A stretch of DNA of 64,000 nt from positions 34,103 to 98,102 of IMG/VR virus record IMGVR_UViG_3300037423_001065. One strand, written 5' to 3'. Below the pieces are notes generated by a model. It saw nothing but the letters and a program-made list of their open reading frames with translations. It ran no database searches and was not told the origin of the DNA. This DNA is from a virus. Below are positions 45,921 to 54,148 of the stretch, in pieces. Made by a program: the position numbers and the translations under genes. Within the stretch, counting starts at the first letter, position 1. Every line of letters starts with the position of its first letter.

Positions 45921-46150
45921 GCGCGACGCACCCCTTCACGTTCATCGACCCGGTCTGTGGCGGCGCCGCATTCCGCCGCGTGAGCATCCCCTGCGTCGGC
46001 GAGGCCCGACAGCTCAGCGACTACCAGCACACCGACGGCCGCCCCGTCGTGCAGAGCGACCCGTTCGCCTGCGACTCCTGCGCGCGGACGTTCGATCACC
46101 GCGACGTGGACACCATGCTCAACCCCAGGAACTGGACCCGCGATGCCTGA
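45917..46150 (+). CDS. Hypothetical protein (77 aa)
   Basis: ATGA overlap; Cys motifs. Confidence 0.6.
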   Translation: MSATHPFTFIDPVCGGAAFRRVSIPCVGEARQLSDYQHTDGRPVVQSDPFACDSCARTFDHRDVDTMLNPRNWTRDA

Positions 46151-46859
46151 GCCGACGAACCACCACAACGCGCTGAATGCCGCGCTGCGCCAAATCAGCG
46201 GCGACCAGGTCGAGCCCGCCGCGCCTGGCAGCATCCGCGACCAGCTCGCCGGCGCCTTCGATGACACCGAGCTGCTGTTCCTGGACGGCGACGGCTTCGA
46301 CAGCGCGATCGTCGGCGTTGCCAAGCGCTGCGGCGAGCCCATGATCGTGGTGTATGACCGCGGCCGCCTGCTCGACGCGCTAATGGCGATGGGCATGGAC
46401 GACGACGAGGCGCGCGAGTACCTGAGCGTCAACATCGAGGAGTCGCACGTCGGACCCGAGACGCCGGCCGTGCTGACGCCGCTCGAGTACCTGGGCATTG
46501 GCGGCCCGCACGTCTACGCCCAATGCGATCGCCGGCACGACGGCGACGCGTGCGAGGACCCGGACTGTCACCGGCGCCGCCGGCCCATGTTTGCCAACGG
46601 CGTAGCTCAGGGCAAGTGGGACAGCCTGCAAGCCGAGGGCTACCGCATGCAGCGCATCGAGTTCGCGCGGCACCAGGGCGGCACCGAGAAGCTGGGCAGC
46701 ATCGACCCGTGGGGAAAGGTTCGCTGGCACGGCACCGGCGCACCAGGCGACACCGACGCCCAGCGCGCGGCCTGGCTGGCGGACAAGATCGGCGCCATGG
46801 GCGACTACGCTCAGGAGGCCGCGGCCATGCTGCGCCGCTGGCCCGGGAGCGCGACGTGA
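46143..46859 (+). CDS. Multi-domain hypothetical protein (238 aa)
   Basis: DGFDSAIVG..VVYD..EAREY..NI phage domain. Confidence 0.7.
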   Translation: MPEPTNHHNALNAALRQISGDQVEPAAPGSIRDQLAGAFDDTELLFLDGDGFDSAIVGVAKRCGEPMIVVYDRGRLLDALMAMGMDDDEAREYLSVNIEESHVGPETPAVLTPLEYLGIGGPHVYAQCDRRHDGDACEDPDCHRRRRPMFANGVAQGKWDSLQAEGYRMQRIEFARHQGGTEKLGSIDPWGKVRWHGTGAPGDTDAQRAAWLADKIGAMGDYAQEAAAMLRRWPGSAT

Positions 46860-46969
46860 ACCCGCTCGACCAGGCCGCCGCGATCTACCTGGCCGTCATG
46901 GGCGCCGGCGCCCTGGCCTGGGGACTGTTCGAGCTCGGCCGCTGGCTGGCGCGGAGGGCGCGCCGGTGA
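46856..46969 (+). CDS. Tiny TM peptide (37 aa)
   Basis: GTGA overlaps at both ends; hydrophobic. Confidence 0.5.
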   Translation: MNPLDQAAAIYLAVMGAGALAWGLFELGRWLARRARR

Positions 46970-47193
46970 GCTGGGACCGCGACCCGTTCGGCACCAGGTT
47001 CGCGACCGCGACCACGTTCCGCATGGCCCTGGCCGCCGCCTGCGTCACCACGGGCACGTTCACCGTGACCACTGCCGACCTGCCGCGGATCAAAGTCAAC
47101 CCCACCGCCGGCGAAACCCCCGCCGAGCGTGGCGCCCGCCTGGCCGCCGATCGCCGGCGCGCCATCCAAGGACCCCGACGAGGCCGCTACTGA
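46966..47193 (+). CDS. Hypothetical protein (75 aa)
   Basis: Coupled ORF. Confidence 0.55.
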   Translation: MSWDRDPFGTRFATATTFRMALAAACVTTGTFTVTTADLPRIKVNPTAGETPAERGARLAADRRRAIQGPRRGRY

Positions 47194-48362
47194 TGACCGA
47201 CCGACACGACCTGCGCATCGGACATGCGCTCGAGCTGCTGCGCGCCATGCCGGCCGACAGCATCGACTCCATCGTCACCGACCCGCCGTACGAGCTGGGC
47301 TTCATGGACCGCGGCTGGGACAGCTCCGGCGTCGCGTTTCACGTGGAACTGTGGGCCGAGGCCCTGCGCGTCGCGAAGCCCGGCGCCCACCTGATGGCGT
47401 TCTCCGGCACCCGCACCTATCACCGCCTGGCCTGCGCCGTCGAGGACGCCGGCTGGGAGATACGCGACCAATTCGCCTGGGTCTATGGCAGCGGCATGCC
47501 GAAGTCGCGCGACCTGGGCGAGGGCCGCGGCACCCAGGCAAAGCCGAGCTGGGAGCCGATCGTCCTGGCGCGCAAGCCGTTCGCCGGCACGATCTACGCG
47601 AACGTCGAGCGCAACGGCCTGGGCGGCCTGAACATCGACGCCTGCCGCATCGAGCCCCAGGGCGACGACCTCGAGGCGTACCGGCGCAACTGCTCAGGCG
47701 ACCGCGGGCATGCCGGCACCAGGGCGGCCGACGGCGTCCGCGGCACCGACCTGCGCACCGGCGGCGCGAAGGCCAACGACCTGGGCCGCTGGCCGGCCAA
47801 CCTGCTGCACGACGGCAGCGACGAGGTCCTGGCGTGCTTCCCCGACTCGGCCGGCGCGAAGGGCGCCATCCGCGGCGACGAGCCGAGCTGCGCCAGTACG
47901 GGCGCCGTCACCAACCTGCGCCAGCGCGTGCCGTTCGAGATGCGCGACGACGGCGCCGGCAGCGCGGCCCGGTTCTTCTACTGCGGCAAGGCGACGCCCG
48001 GCGAGCGCGAGGCCGGCCTGGACGGCCTGCCGATGCGCAACGGCCGGCGCAACCATCACACCACGGTCAAGCCGATCGCCGTCGGCCGCTGGCTCCAGCG
48101 CCTGGTCACGCCCGCCGGCGGCATCACACTGGACCTGTTCGCCGGCAGCGGCACCTTCGGCGTGAGCGCCATCCTGGAGGACCTGCGGCCCGTGCTGCTC
48201 GAGCTCGATCGCGAGGACGGCGAGCCCTGCGGGTACGAGGCCATCATCCGCGCGCGCCTGGCCTGGGCCTACCAGGAGCGCGAGCGCATGCGCGAGGTCG
48301 AGGCCGAGGCGCAGCGCGCCGCCGAGTTCAAGGCGCGCCAGCTCCCCCTGATCGCGGCGTGA
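47193..48362 (+). CDS. N6-adenine/N4-cytosine DNA methyltransferase, beta class (389 aa)
   Basis: VTDPPY before HTTVKP and LDLFAGSG. Confidence 0.95.
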   Translation: MTDRHDLRIGHALELLRAMPADSIDSIVTDPPYELGFMDRGWDSSGVAFHVELWAEALRVAKPGAHLMAFSGTRTYHRLACAVEDAGWEIRDQFAWVYGSGMPKSRDLGEGRGTQAKPSWEPIVLARKPFAGTIYANVERNGLGGLNIDACRIEPQGDDLEAYRRNCSGDRGHAGTRAADGVRGTDLRTGGAKANDLGRWPANLLHDGSDEVLACFPDSAGAKGAIRGDEPSCASTGAVTNLRQRVPFEMRDDGAGSAARFFYCGKATPGEREAGLDGLPMRNGRRNHHTTVKPIAVGRWLQRLVTPAGGITLDLFAGSGTFGVSAILEDLRPVLLELDREDGEPCGYEAIIRARLAWAYQERERMREVEAEAQRAAEFKARQLPLIAA

Positions 48363-48835
48363 CCCACAAGACCTACGCGTTCCGCAAGCCCGCCGCGGTC
48401 AAGAAGCTCGAGAAGGCCCTCGAGTTCCTGGCAGCACCGCACAGCGCCCAGGAGCTCGCGGCCCACCTGCACCTGGCGAAGCGCACCACGGTGCAGTACC
48501 TGGACTTCCTGCGCGGCGTCGAGCGCGACGGCGTCCCGCCTGGCCCGCGCCGCGTGCGCATCGCCGACTGGCGCATCGGCTCCGGCCCGCCCGTCGCGCT
48601 GTTTCAGGTGATCGAGCCAGGCGGCCGCTCGAGCGATCGCCGGCGGCCGAACAAGCGCACCGTCACCCAGCGCCGGCGCGACCTGCGTGAGAAATTGCGC
48701 GTGACCGACCCCGACGAGCTCGCGCGTCGCAACGCCGAGCGCCAACGCAAGCGCCGCGGCGCCCGTCGTGACCCAATGATCGAGGCATTGTTTGGAAAGC
48801 CCAACGATGCCAGTAGGACGAAAGCCGGGACTTAA
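48359..48835 (+). CDS. Winged-HTH-like protein (158 aa)
   Basis: SAQELAAHLHLAKRTTVQYL; GTGA overlap. Confidence 0.7.
   Translation: MTHKTYAFRKPAAVKKLEKALEFLAAPHSAQELAAHLHLAKRTTVQYLDFLRGVERDGVPPGPRRVRIADWRIGSGPPVALFQVIEPGGRSSDRRRPNKRTVTQRRRDLREKLRVTDPDELARRNAERQRKRRGARRDPMIEALFGKPNDASRTKAGT
48765..48780 (+). promoter_or_regulatory. Late-promoter motif within 3' end of upstream gene
   Basis: GTCGTGAC-cc-AATGAT, 26 nt before ATG 48807. Confidence 0.55.
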
Positions 48836-49097
48836 CCGGAACGACACGCCGTACCGCGCGCTGTCGCACCTCGCGAACACCGGACCGCAGGAGGAGGCGA
48901 CGCTGCGCGCCTTCATCCGCGCGCTCGCCTCCGGCTCGAACGACCCGCAGAAGGCGGCGTACCACGTCCTGCACGGGCTCGCCAAGCGCGGCCTGGTGCG
49001 CACCAAGGTCTGGCTGACGCCCGAAGGGCTCGAGGAGCTGCGCCGCACCGGCTGGACGCCGGCCCGCCTCGAGGACGAGGAGCCCGTCGAGCCGTGA
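48807..49097 (+). CDS. Winged-helix-like protein (96 aa)
   Basis: LAKRGLV...LTPEG. Confidence 0.6.
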   Translation: MPVGRKPGLNRNDTPYRALSHLANTGPQEEATLRAFIRALASGSNDPQKAAYHVLHGLAKRGLVRTKVWLTPEGLEELRRTGWTPARLEDEEPVEP

Positions 49098-49351
49098 TCG
49101 CCTCGATGCGTCATCCCGAGTTCGCGCCCGTGTTCGACCTGGCCGACATGGACGCCCTGGACATGGACCACGTCCTGGCCGGGTACCGCGCCGGCCTGCG
49201 CGGCGACCCGCCGCCCACGGCGAGCTACTACTCGCGCGCGTACTGGCACGGCTGGCGTAACGGCGCCGTCGACGGCGGCCATGCCGAGAAGGACGCCGCC
49301 CAGGCACACCTCGCCCACCTCCACCAGTCCGTTATGTGCCGCTGGCACTGA
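49094..49351 (+). CDS. Hypothetical protein (85 aa)
   Basis: GYRAG..SRAYWHGWRNG. Confidence 0.65.
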   Translation: MIASMRHPEFAPVFDLADMDALDMDHVLAGYRAGLRGDPPPTASYYSRAYWHGWRNGAVDGGHAEKDAAQAHLAHLHQSVMCRWH

Positions 49352-49360
49352 AAGGCCCCC

Positions 49361-49783
49361 ATGCGCTACTCGCCCCGCCCCCTGCTCGCCGCCCTGGCGC
49401 TCGCCGCGGCTTTGATCCCCGCGGCCGCCCGCGCCTCCGACGTGGAGGCCGCCGTCACCGACTGCGTCGCCAGCGGATCGGTGCTCGCCGCCGGCACCGC
49501 GACGGTCGTCGCGCCGATCGCGGCGTGCGCGCTCAAGCCCGTCGCGAAGTACTGGGCCGACGGACAGCCGGAGCCGCGGCGCACCGAGGCCCTGCAAGCC
49601 GTGGACGCCATCTGGGCCGGCGCCGCCGTGAACAACGTCGTTGTGCTGATCGCCCACGGTGCCGGAGCTGTGGCGCCCGTGCTCGGCGTCGTCGTCGCCG
49701 TCGTCATGTGGATGGGCGGCGAGAAGGAACGCGAGCGCGCCGCCCAGTGCGCGGTCAAGCCGGCGCCCGAGGGTTGCCCGTGA
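49361..49783 (+). CDS. Signal-peptide membrane protein (140 aa)
   Basis: ARA-S cleavage-like site; hydrophobic segments. Confidence 0.7.
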   Translation: MRYSPRPLLAALALAAALIPAAARASDVEAAVTDCVASGSVLAAGTATVVAPIAACALKPVAKYWADGQPEPRRTEALQAVDAIWAGAAVNNVVVLIAHGAGAVAPVLGVVVAVVMWMGGEKERERAAQCAVKPAPEGCP

Positions 49784-50094
49784 GCCCCTGGTCGCCCGGC
49801 ATGCCGCTGAACCCGGCGATCGTGCGCGCGGCGCGCGAAACCCAGGCGACCGCGTACGTTCCGCCGCCGGCCGGCGCGCAACCGGCCTGGGCTGTCGCCC
49901 TGGCGCTCGGCACGCCTCTGCTGTGCATCCTGATCATCGCCGTCGGCCTGGTCCTGCGCGAGCTGCGCGCGACCCGGCGCGATCGCGGCGTGCAGCGGCC
50001 GAAGCTGTGCCCCGACTGCCGCGGCTGGGGCTGCGCGCGTGACGGAAGCCTGGCGCGCTGCCCGACCTGCGAAGGCAAGGGGTACGCGCCATGA
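49780..50094 (+). CDS. TM protein with DnaJ-type Zn finger (104 aa)
   Basis: CPDCRGWG..CPTCEGKG. Confidence 0.6.
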   Translation: MSPWSPGMPLNPAIVRAARETQATAYVPPPAGAQPAWAVALALGTPLLCILIIAVGLVLRELRATRRDRGVQRPKLCPDCRGWGCARDGSLARCPTCEGKGYAP

Positions 50095-50678
50095 CCGCGG
50101 TCCGCAAGGCGATCGACTTCGCCCAGGACGAGCCCGGCGCATTCAGCCGGCCGGACCTCAACGTCGTCGGGCCGATCTTCGCGCGCGTGTTCGCCATGCC
50201 GGAGTTCGAGGAGCTGCGCGAGGCCGAGCCCCATATCGAGTTCCTGATGCGCAACGAGCCGAAGCGCAAGCATGCGCGCTGGGAAGTCGGCACGGCGTAC
50301 TGCAAGCCGACGGCCAACGGCGAGCTGTCCGGCATGTTCGAGTGGCTGCTCGAGCAGTACTTCGGCGGATACCCGGACTTCATCATCGCCCTGGACTCGA
50401 TGTACTGGGCCGACGCGAACGACCTGCAGCGCGAAATCCTGGTGTTTCACGAGCTGTCGCATTGCGTGCACGCCCGCGACGCCCTGGGCAACCTGCGGTT
50501 CACCAAAGAGGGCGCACCCATCTTCGGCCTGCTCGGACACGACCTCGAGGAGTTCAACCAGGTCGTGCGCCGCTACGGCGCGCATGCGCCCCAGGTCGTC
50601 AACTTCATCGAGGCCGTGCAGGACGGCGAGGCCAACCCGATCAAGGGCCGGCCGCTGCGCGTGGTGACGGACCGATGA
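50091..50678 (+). CDS. Putative phage metallopeptidase (195 aa)
   Basis: PDFII..LVFHELSH..HDLEEF..VVRRYG. Confidence 0.85.
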   Translation: MTAVRKAIDFAQDEPGAFSRPDLNVVGPIFARVFAMPEFEELREAEPHIEFLMRNEPKRKHARWEVGTAYCKPTANGELSGMFEWLLEQYFGGYPDFIIALDSMYWADANDLQREILVFHELSHCVHARDALGNLRFTKEGAPIFGLLGHDLEEFNQVVRRYGAHAPQVVNFIEAVQDGEANPIKGRPLRVVTDR

Positions 50679-51328
50679 CCGAGCCCGACGACGAGCTCGA
50701 GCCCCAGGACGACGACGCCGGCCGGCGCGCCTTCGAGGTGTTCTCCTCCGGCCTGCGGCCGCCGACGCCCACCGACTGGCCCGACGAGCGCCGGCGCGTC
50801 AACATCCTGAGCGACAAGGGCGACTCGATCGCCGCACGCATCGCCCGCACCAACCTGTTCGCGCGCAGCGGCATGAAGCCGCCGCCGACACCCGCGCCCG
50901 CGCCGCCGCCTCCACCTCCCCCACCGCCGGCGCCGCCGATGCCGGCACCAAAGACCAACGCGAAGCGCTGCATCCAGGCTGGGTTCGTGTACGACGACGA
51001 CCCGGTCGAGTACGCGCTGACGCTGGCCGACGGCACCAAGGTGAGCTATCGCCTGGCGCTGCCGCGCGTGCGCCTGGTGGCGTTTGACGCGCCGCCGTCC
51101 GACGTGCCCGAGGAGCTGCACGCTGGAAGCCCGTACATCAACCGGCGCCGCCATCGCCTGGTGGACGCGCTGCGCGCCGCCAAGGAGCCGCTGACGGCGG
51201 AGAAGTTCGCGCTCGATCACGGTTGCACCGTTCGCACGATCTACCGCGACATTCTCGACATGCAGCTCGCCGGCCTGCCGATCGTCGCCGCGCACGGCCG
51301 CGGCTACGTCTGGAAGCGCGAGCCGTGA
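50675..51328 (+). CDS. Pro-linker protein with C-terminal HTH_11-like domain (217 aa)
   Basis: TAEKFA..CTVRTIYRDI..AGLPI..GRGY. Confidence 0.75.
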   Translation: MTEPDDELEPQDDDAGRRAFEVFSSGLRPPTPTDWPDERRRVNILSDKGDSIAARIARTNLFARSGMKPPPTPAPAPPPPPPPPPAPPMPAPKTNAKRCIQAGFVYDDDPVEYALTLADGTKVSYRLALPRVRLVAFDAPPSDVPEELHAGSPYINRRRHRLVDALRAAKEPLTAEKFALDHGCTVRTIYRDILDMQLAGLPIVAAHGRGYVWKREP

Positions 51329-51588
51329 CCAGCGACCGCTGCACGCGCTGCGGCCAGGAGGGCCACGTCGCGGCGAGCTGCCCCAATCCGTGGCCTGGCC
51401 CCGACATTTCATCGCGCGCGCACTATGCGCTTGATCAAAAACAGGACACAATTACTCATCCACAACCCCGAGGAGTGAGCCATGCCCCAGGCTCTTTCAT
51501 CCATCCTGGTCCTAGTCCTGTTCGCCGGCCTGGCCTTCGCGGTCTGGCGTATCGTGCGGCCGCGCGACGGCGAGTCGCAATCCACTGA
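51325..51588 (+). CDS. CCHC zinc-knuckle protein (87 aa)
   Basis: CTRCGQEGHVAASC = Cx2Cx4Hx4C; GTGA overlap; 3' part overlaps next gene. Confidence 0.5.
   Translation: MTSDRCTRCGQEGHVAASCPNPWPGPDISSRAHYALDQKQDTITHPQPRGVSHAPGSFIHPGPSPVRRPGLRGLAYRAAARRRVAIH
51425..51452 (+). promoter_or_regulatory. Putative promoter with TTGATCAA box in spacer
   Basis: ATGCGC-16-CACAAT; TTGATCAA at 51431-51438. Confidence 0.5.
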
Positions 51589-51958
51589 CGACGGCTACCC
51601 CGACGAGCACGAGACGCTGGCGCGCGACCCGGAGACGGTGTTCGGCGCGCGGCCGCCCTTCGTGGTGAACGGCAAGCCGCTGCCGCCGCCGATGATCGAG
51701 GAGCGCGCGCTGCGCCAGCTCGCGTTCACGTCGGCCGAGCCCCTGCCGCGGTTCATGGTGTTCGAGCGCTCCGCCGACGTGGCCGAGGCCGCGGAGCACA
51801 AGCTGCGCGCCGGCGACCCGACCATGCGACACACGACGCTCGTGATCCCGACGCCGGCGCTCGATCGCGTCGAGTTCCCGCGCGACGTGCTCACCGACGG
51901 CTACGACTTCCGGCCGGCGCGCGACTGCGGGCCGCCTCTGCACGCGGAGGGCCTATGA
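51482..51958 (+). CDS. Membrane-anchored protein (158 aa)
   Basis: GAGGAG RBS; N-terminal TM. Confidence 0.7.
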   Translation: MPQALSSILVLVLFAGLAFAVWRIVRPRDGESQSTDDGYPDEHETLARDPETVFGARPPFVVNGKPLPPPMIEERALRQLAFTSAEPLPRFMVFERSADVAEAAEHKLRAGDPTMRHTTLVIPTPALDRVEFPRDVLTDGYDFRPARDCGPPLHAEGL

Positions 51959-52464
51959 CGCGCCTGCACCTGCTGGGCGTCGCCGCCGTCACCGCCGTCC
52001 TGTGCGCCATCGGCACCGGGATTTTCGCCGCGCTCACCGGGTTGTCGATACCCGAGGCCATCCACCACACATGGTTTGAGTGGCTGGGCGTCGGCGCCCT
52101 GGTCGTCATGCTCTGGGGCGCCGAGCCGCAGCGCGACGAGCTCGCCGACGACGTGCCCAGCGAAGCGCTGGCGGCCGACGCGATCGCCGCGCACGTGGAC
52201 GACCCGCAAGCCGCGGTGATCGAGCCCATGAGCGACGCCGAGGCCGCGCTGCACGTGCAGTACCAGCGCGATCGCCTCAACACCGAGCTGAACCAGTCCG
52301 GCGTGTCGCCGCCGCCGCCCGCGCGCGGCCTGGTCAACGCCGGCGAGCTGCGCACGCGCCTCGAGGTGATCAAGGCCGACCGCCAGGACCTGATGGCGCG
52401 CGCTGCGATCGCCATGTGCATCGACGCGCTGGACATGCTCGCCAGCGAAGGAGACACAGCATGA
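51955..52464 (+). CDS. Two-TM membrane protein (169 aa)
   Basis: Hydrophobic N-terminus; ATGA overlaps. Confidence 0.7.
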   Translation: MTRLHLLGVAAVTAVLCAIGTGIFAALTGLSIPEAIHHTWFEWLGVGALVVMLWGAEPQRDELADDVPSEALAADAIAAHVDDPQAAVIEPMSDAEAALHVQYQRDRLNTELNQSGVSPPPPARGLVNAGELRTRLEVIKADRQDLMARAAIAMCIDALDMLASEGDTA

Positions 52465-53165
52465 CCCGCCGCTTCCGCCGCCTGTTCTTCGACATGGACG
52501 GCGTCCTGGTCGACTTCGACGCGTTCATGAAGCGCCACGGCCTGACCGGCGACCAGGTCAAGAGGCTGGCCGGCGCCTACCGCGACATGCCCGCCATCGA
52601 GGGCGCGATCGCCGGGATGCACAAGGTCATGAGCCTGGCCGGCATGTACGGCTTCGAGGTGTGGATCGCGACGAAACCGCCGACCGGCATCGCGTTCGCG
52701 TACAGCGACAAGGCCGCCTGGGTGTTCGAACACCTGCCAGCGCTGCGTCGCAACATCATCATGACGCACGACAAGGGCCTGCTCGGCGACGAGGACGACG
52801 TGCTGGTGGACGACCGCCCGCATCGCGCCAACTGCCACGAGTTCCGCGGCGCCCTGATCCACTTCGGGCCCGCCGGCACCGTGCCGCACTGGCCGGCCCT
52901 GGTCGATCGCCTGCACCGCATCATGCGGCACCCGGACGGCGTGCGCGAGGCGAACGCGATTGAGGAGGAGGCGTCGGACGACGACGTGAACGAGGCGCGC
53001 CGGCTCCTGGGCCTGGGCAATCTGCCCGTGCCGCGCATCGCGACGCGCGAGACCGCGACGCCGATCGCGCGCGTCGAGCTCGCCGACACTGCGCCGCTGG
53101 CCGCCGGCGAAACGCTCACGGTTACCATGCGGCCCGTCCTGGACACCAGGAACGACCACGACTGA
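52461..53165 (+). CDS. 5'(3')-deoxyribonucleotidase, HAD/NT5C family (234 aa)
   Basis: FFDMDGVLVDF; DKAAWV; DKGLL..LVDDRP. Confidence 0.9.
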   Translation: MTRRFRRLFFDMDGVLVDFDAFMKRHGLTGDQVKRLAGAYRDMPAIEGAIAGMHKVMSLAGMYGFEVWIATKPPTGIAFAYSDKAAWVFEHLPALRRNIIMTHDKGLLGDEDDVLVDDRPHRANCHEFRGALIHFGPAGTVPHWPALVDRLHRIMRHPDGVREANAIEEEASDDDVNEARRLLGLGNLPVPRIATRETATPIARVELADTAPLAAGETLTVTMRPVLDTRNDHD

Positions 53166-53174
53166 GGAGGGGTC

Positions 53175-53489
53175 ATGCCCAACACGAGTACGAAATTCAA
53201 ACCGCCGGCGCCCGACGATGAGCTCTGGTACTTCCCCAGCGCCGAGCTCCCGCGCGGGCCCCGCGGCACCCTGGCGATGGGCAAGCTGCGCGGCCTGCCG
53301 GCGATCGTCACCAACGTGCACACCGCGCGCGTGGTGGACATTGAAGTCACCGACGCGAAGGGCGACGCGCACCGCTTCAACGGCGTCACGCTGCTGCAAG
53401 AGGGCGACCCGCATCCGCTGCCGCTCATGGGCCACTGCCAGTGGCACCAGAGCCCGTGGCCGGAGCAATCTCCCGCCGACGGCGAGTGA
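53175..53489 (+). CDS. Hypothetical protein (104 aa)
   Basis: GAGGAGG RBS; PAIVTNV. Confidence 0.7.
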   Translation: MPNTSTKFKPPAPDDELWYFPSAELPRGPRGTLAMGKLRGLPAIVTNVHTARVVDIEVTDAKGDAHRFNGVTLLQEGDPHPLPLMGHCQWHQSPWPEQSPADGE

Positions 53490-53503
53490 CGTGACGGTAG
53501 CCT
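53488..53503 (+). promoter_or_regulatory. Late-promoter motif; leaderless start at 53510
   Basis: GACGTGAC-gg-TAGCCT-6 nt-ATG. Confidence 0.7.
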
Positions 53504-53509
53504 CGAGGG

Positions 53510-54148
53510 ATGGCTCACCCCAAAGCGACATTCACCGAGGAGCGCAAGACTGAGGTCCTGGGCCTGATCAAGGCCCACCTGGCTGAGCACGGCAGCAAGA
53601 ACTACAAGCCGCTGATGGAGGCGTGCGCCGACATTCCCCAGGCGACCATCTGGACCTGGATTCGCAAGGTCAAGAACGACCCGCCCAGCCAGGTCGAGAT
53701 TCGCCAGGCGCACGACGCCCTCATGGAGCGCGCCACGGCCGCGGCCGCCGGCGAGCTGCCGACGCCTCCGCCGGCGCTCGTCGCCAAGACCGGCGTACAG
53801 CGCGCCATCCGCAAGCTCGACTTCGCCCAGGAAATCGAAAAGCTGTACGCCGACGCCGAGATGCTGCGCGAGTTTTCCGTCGCCGTGAAAACTGGCGAGG
53901 ACGGCGAGCCGGTCGAGAAAATCAAGAACGCGCACACCTTCGAGAAGTCGATCAAGTCGCGCGCGTCGCTGATCGAGACCAGCCTCAAGGTGCTGGACGA
54001 GCTCTGGAACGCCCGCACCATCCAGCAGTTCTACGGCATCATCATCGAGGAGATTGGCCGGGCCGACCTCGATACCCAGAAGCGCATCCTCGAGCGCCTG
54101 CGCGTGGTGAACGAGCGGCACGGCATGTCGCTGTCCATGCGCCTATGA
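53510..54148 (+). CDS. Terminase small subunit (212 aa)
   Basis: N-terminal HTH (IPQATIWTW); coiled coil; overlaps large-subunit start. Confidence 0.75.
   Translation: MAHPKATFTEERKTEVLGLIKAHLAEHGSKNYKPLMEACADIPQATIWTWIRKVKNDPPSQVEIRQAHDALMERATAAAAGELPTPPPALVAKTGVQRAIRKLDFAQEIEKLYADAEMLREFSVAVKTGEDGEPVEKIKNAHTFEKSIKSRASLIETSLKVLDELWNARTIQQFYGIIIEEIGRADLDTQKRILERLRVVNERHGMSLSMRL

Noticed and set aside
53623-54144. N-terminal extensions in the ORF track (terminase 881 aa; also thyX 372 aa and others)
   Set aside because: They overlap upstream genes; coupled ATGA/GTGA starts give more plausible proteins
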